A stretch of DNA of 64,000 bases from Mobula hypostoma. Its lineage: Eukaryota. Below, in pieces: positions 63,816 to 64,000 of the stretch. The first letter of the stretch is position 1, and each line of letters begins with the position of its first letter. The notes under the pieces are model-generated. The model was not told where the DNA came from. It saw nothing but the letters and a program-made list of their open reading frames with translations, and did not search any database. A program made the position numbers and the translations under genes. The stretch is taken from positions 123,444,001 through 123,508,000 of the forward strand of contig NC_086097.1 in NCBI RefSeq assembly GCF_963921235.1, given 5' to 3'.

Positions 63816-64000
63816 TGCGTATATCTGTGTTGTTTCTGGAACTTATTGCACTAAAATGTTCATGTACTGTAATTATATCAAAACATGAGGAGTACAATGT
63901 TTATTTTCTTTTGGTGCAGATGATCAAATTACAAATGCACTTATTCACAGGATGAATGATGCCTTTGGGAAAAAATGTACTTGGATAATCACCATGTACA

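Overview
Eukaryotic, repeat-dense vertebrate DNA, not prokaryotic. The repeat set (CR1 LINEs, V-SINE/HE1-like SINEs, Rex1/Babar tails, Penelope-like remnants) suggests a cartilaginous fish, probably a ray; this is inference. I recognise no host protein-coding exon. Two CpG-rich islands (~4.8-5.1 kb and ~6.8-7.8 kb) look like promoters, and the second has candidate minus-strand 5' exons. The rest is mostly nested transposons: many CR1 copies (one full-length with an esterase ORF1, interrupted by a younger CR1 with an intact 500-aa ORF), a 5'-truncated HERO-like RLE retrotransposon, RTE and Rex1 LINEs, Penelope-like remnants with decayed minimal hammerhead ribozymes, Buster/Charlie hAT elements with 8-bp TSDs, a Rep-less Helitron (23-aa STPR-like repeats joined to a Pif1 helicase) and a 52-bp minisatellite. 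The most unusual pattern is two unrelated Tc1/mariner-type non-autonomous families whose ends are self-palindromic TIR-TIR mini-elements. One such unit also occurs alone, and another seems to have left a TACAGTA excision footprint. Family names come from motif recognition, not database searches, and many boundaries are approximate.
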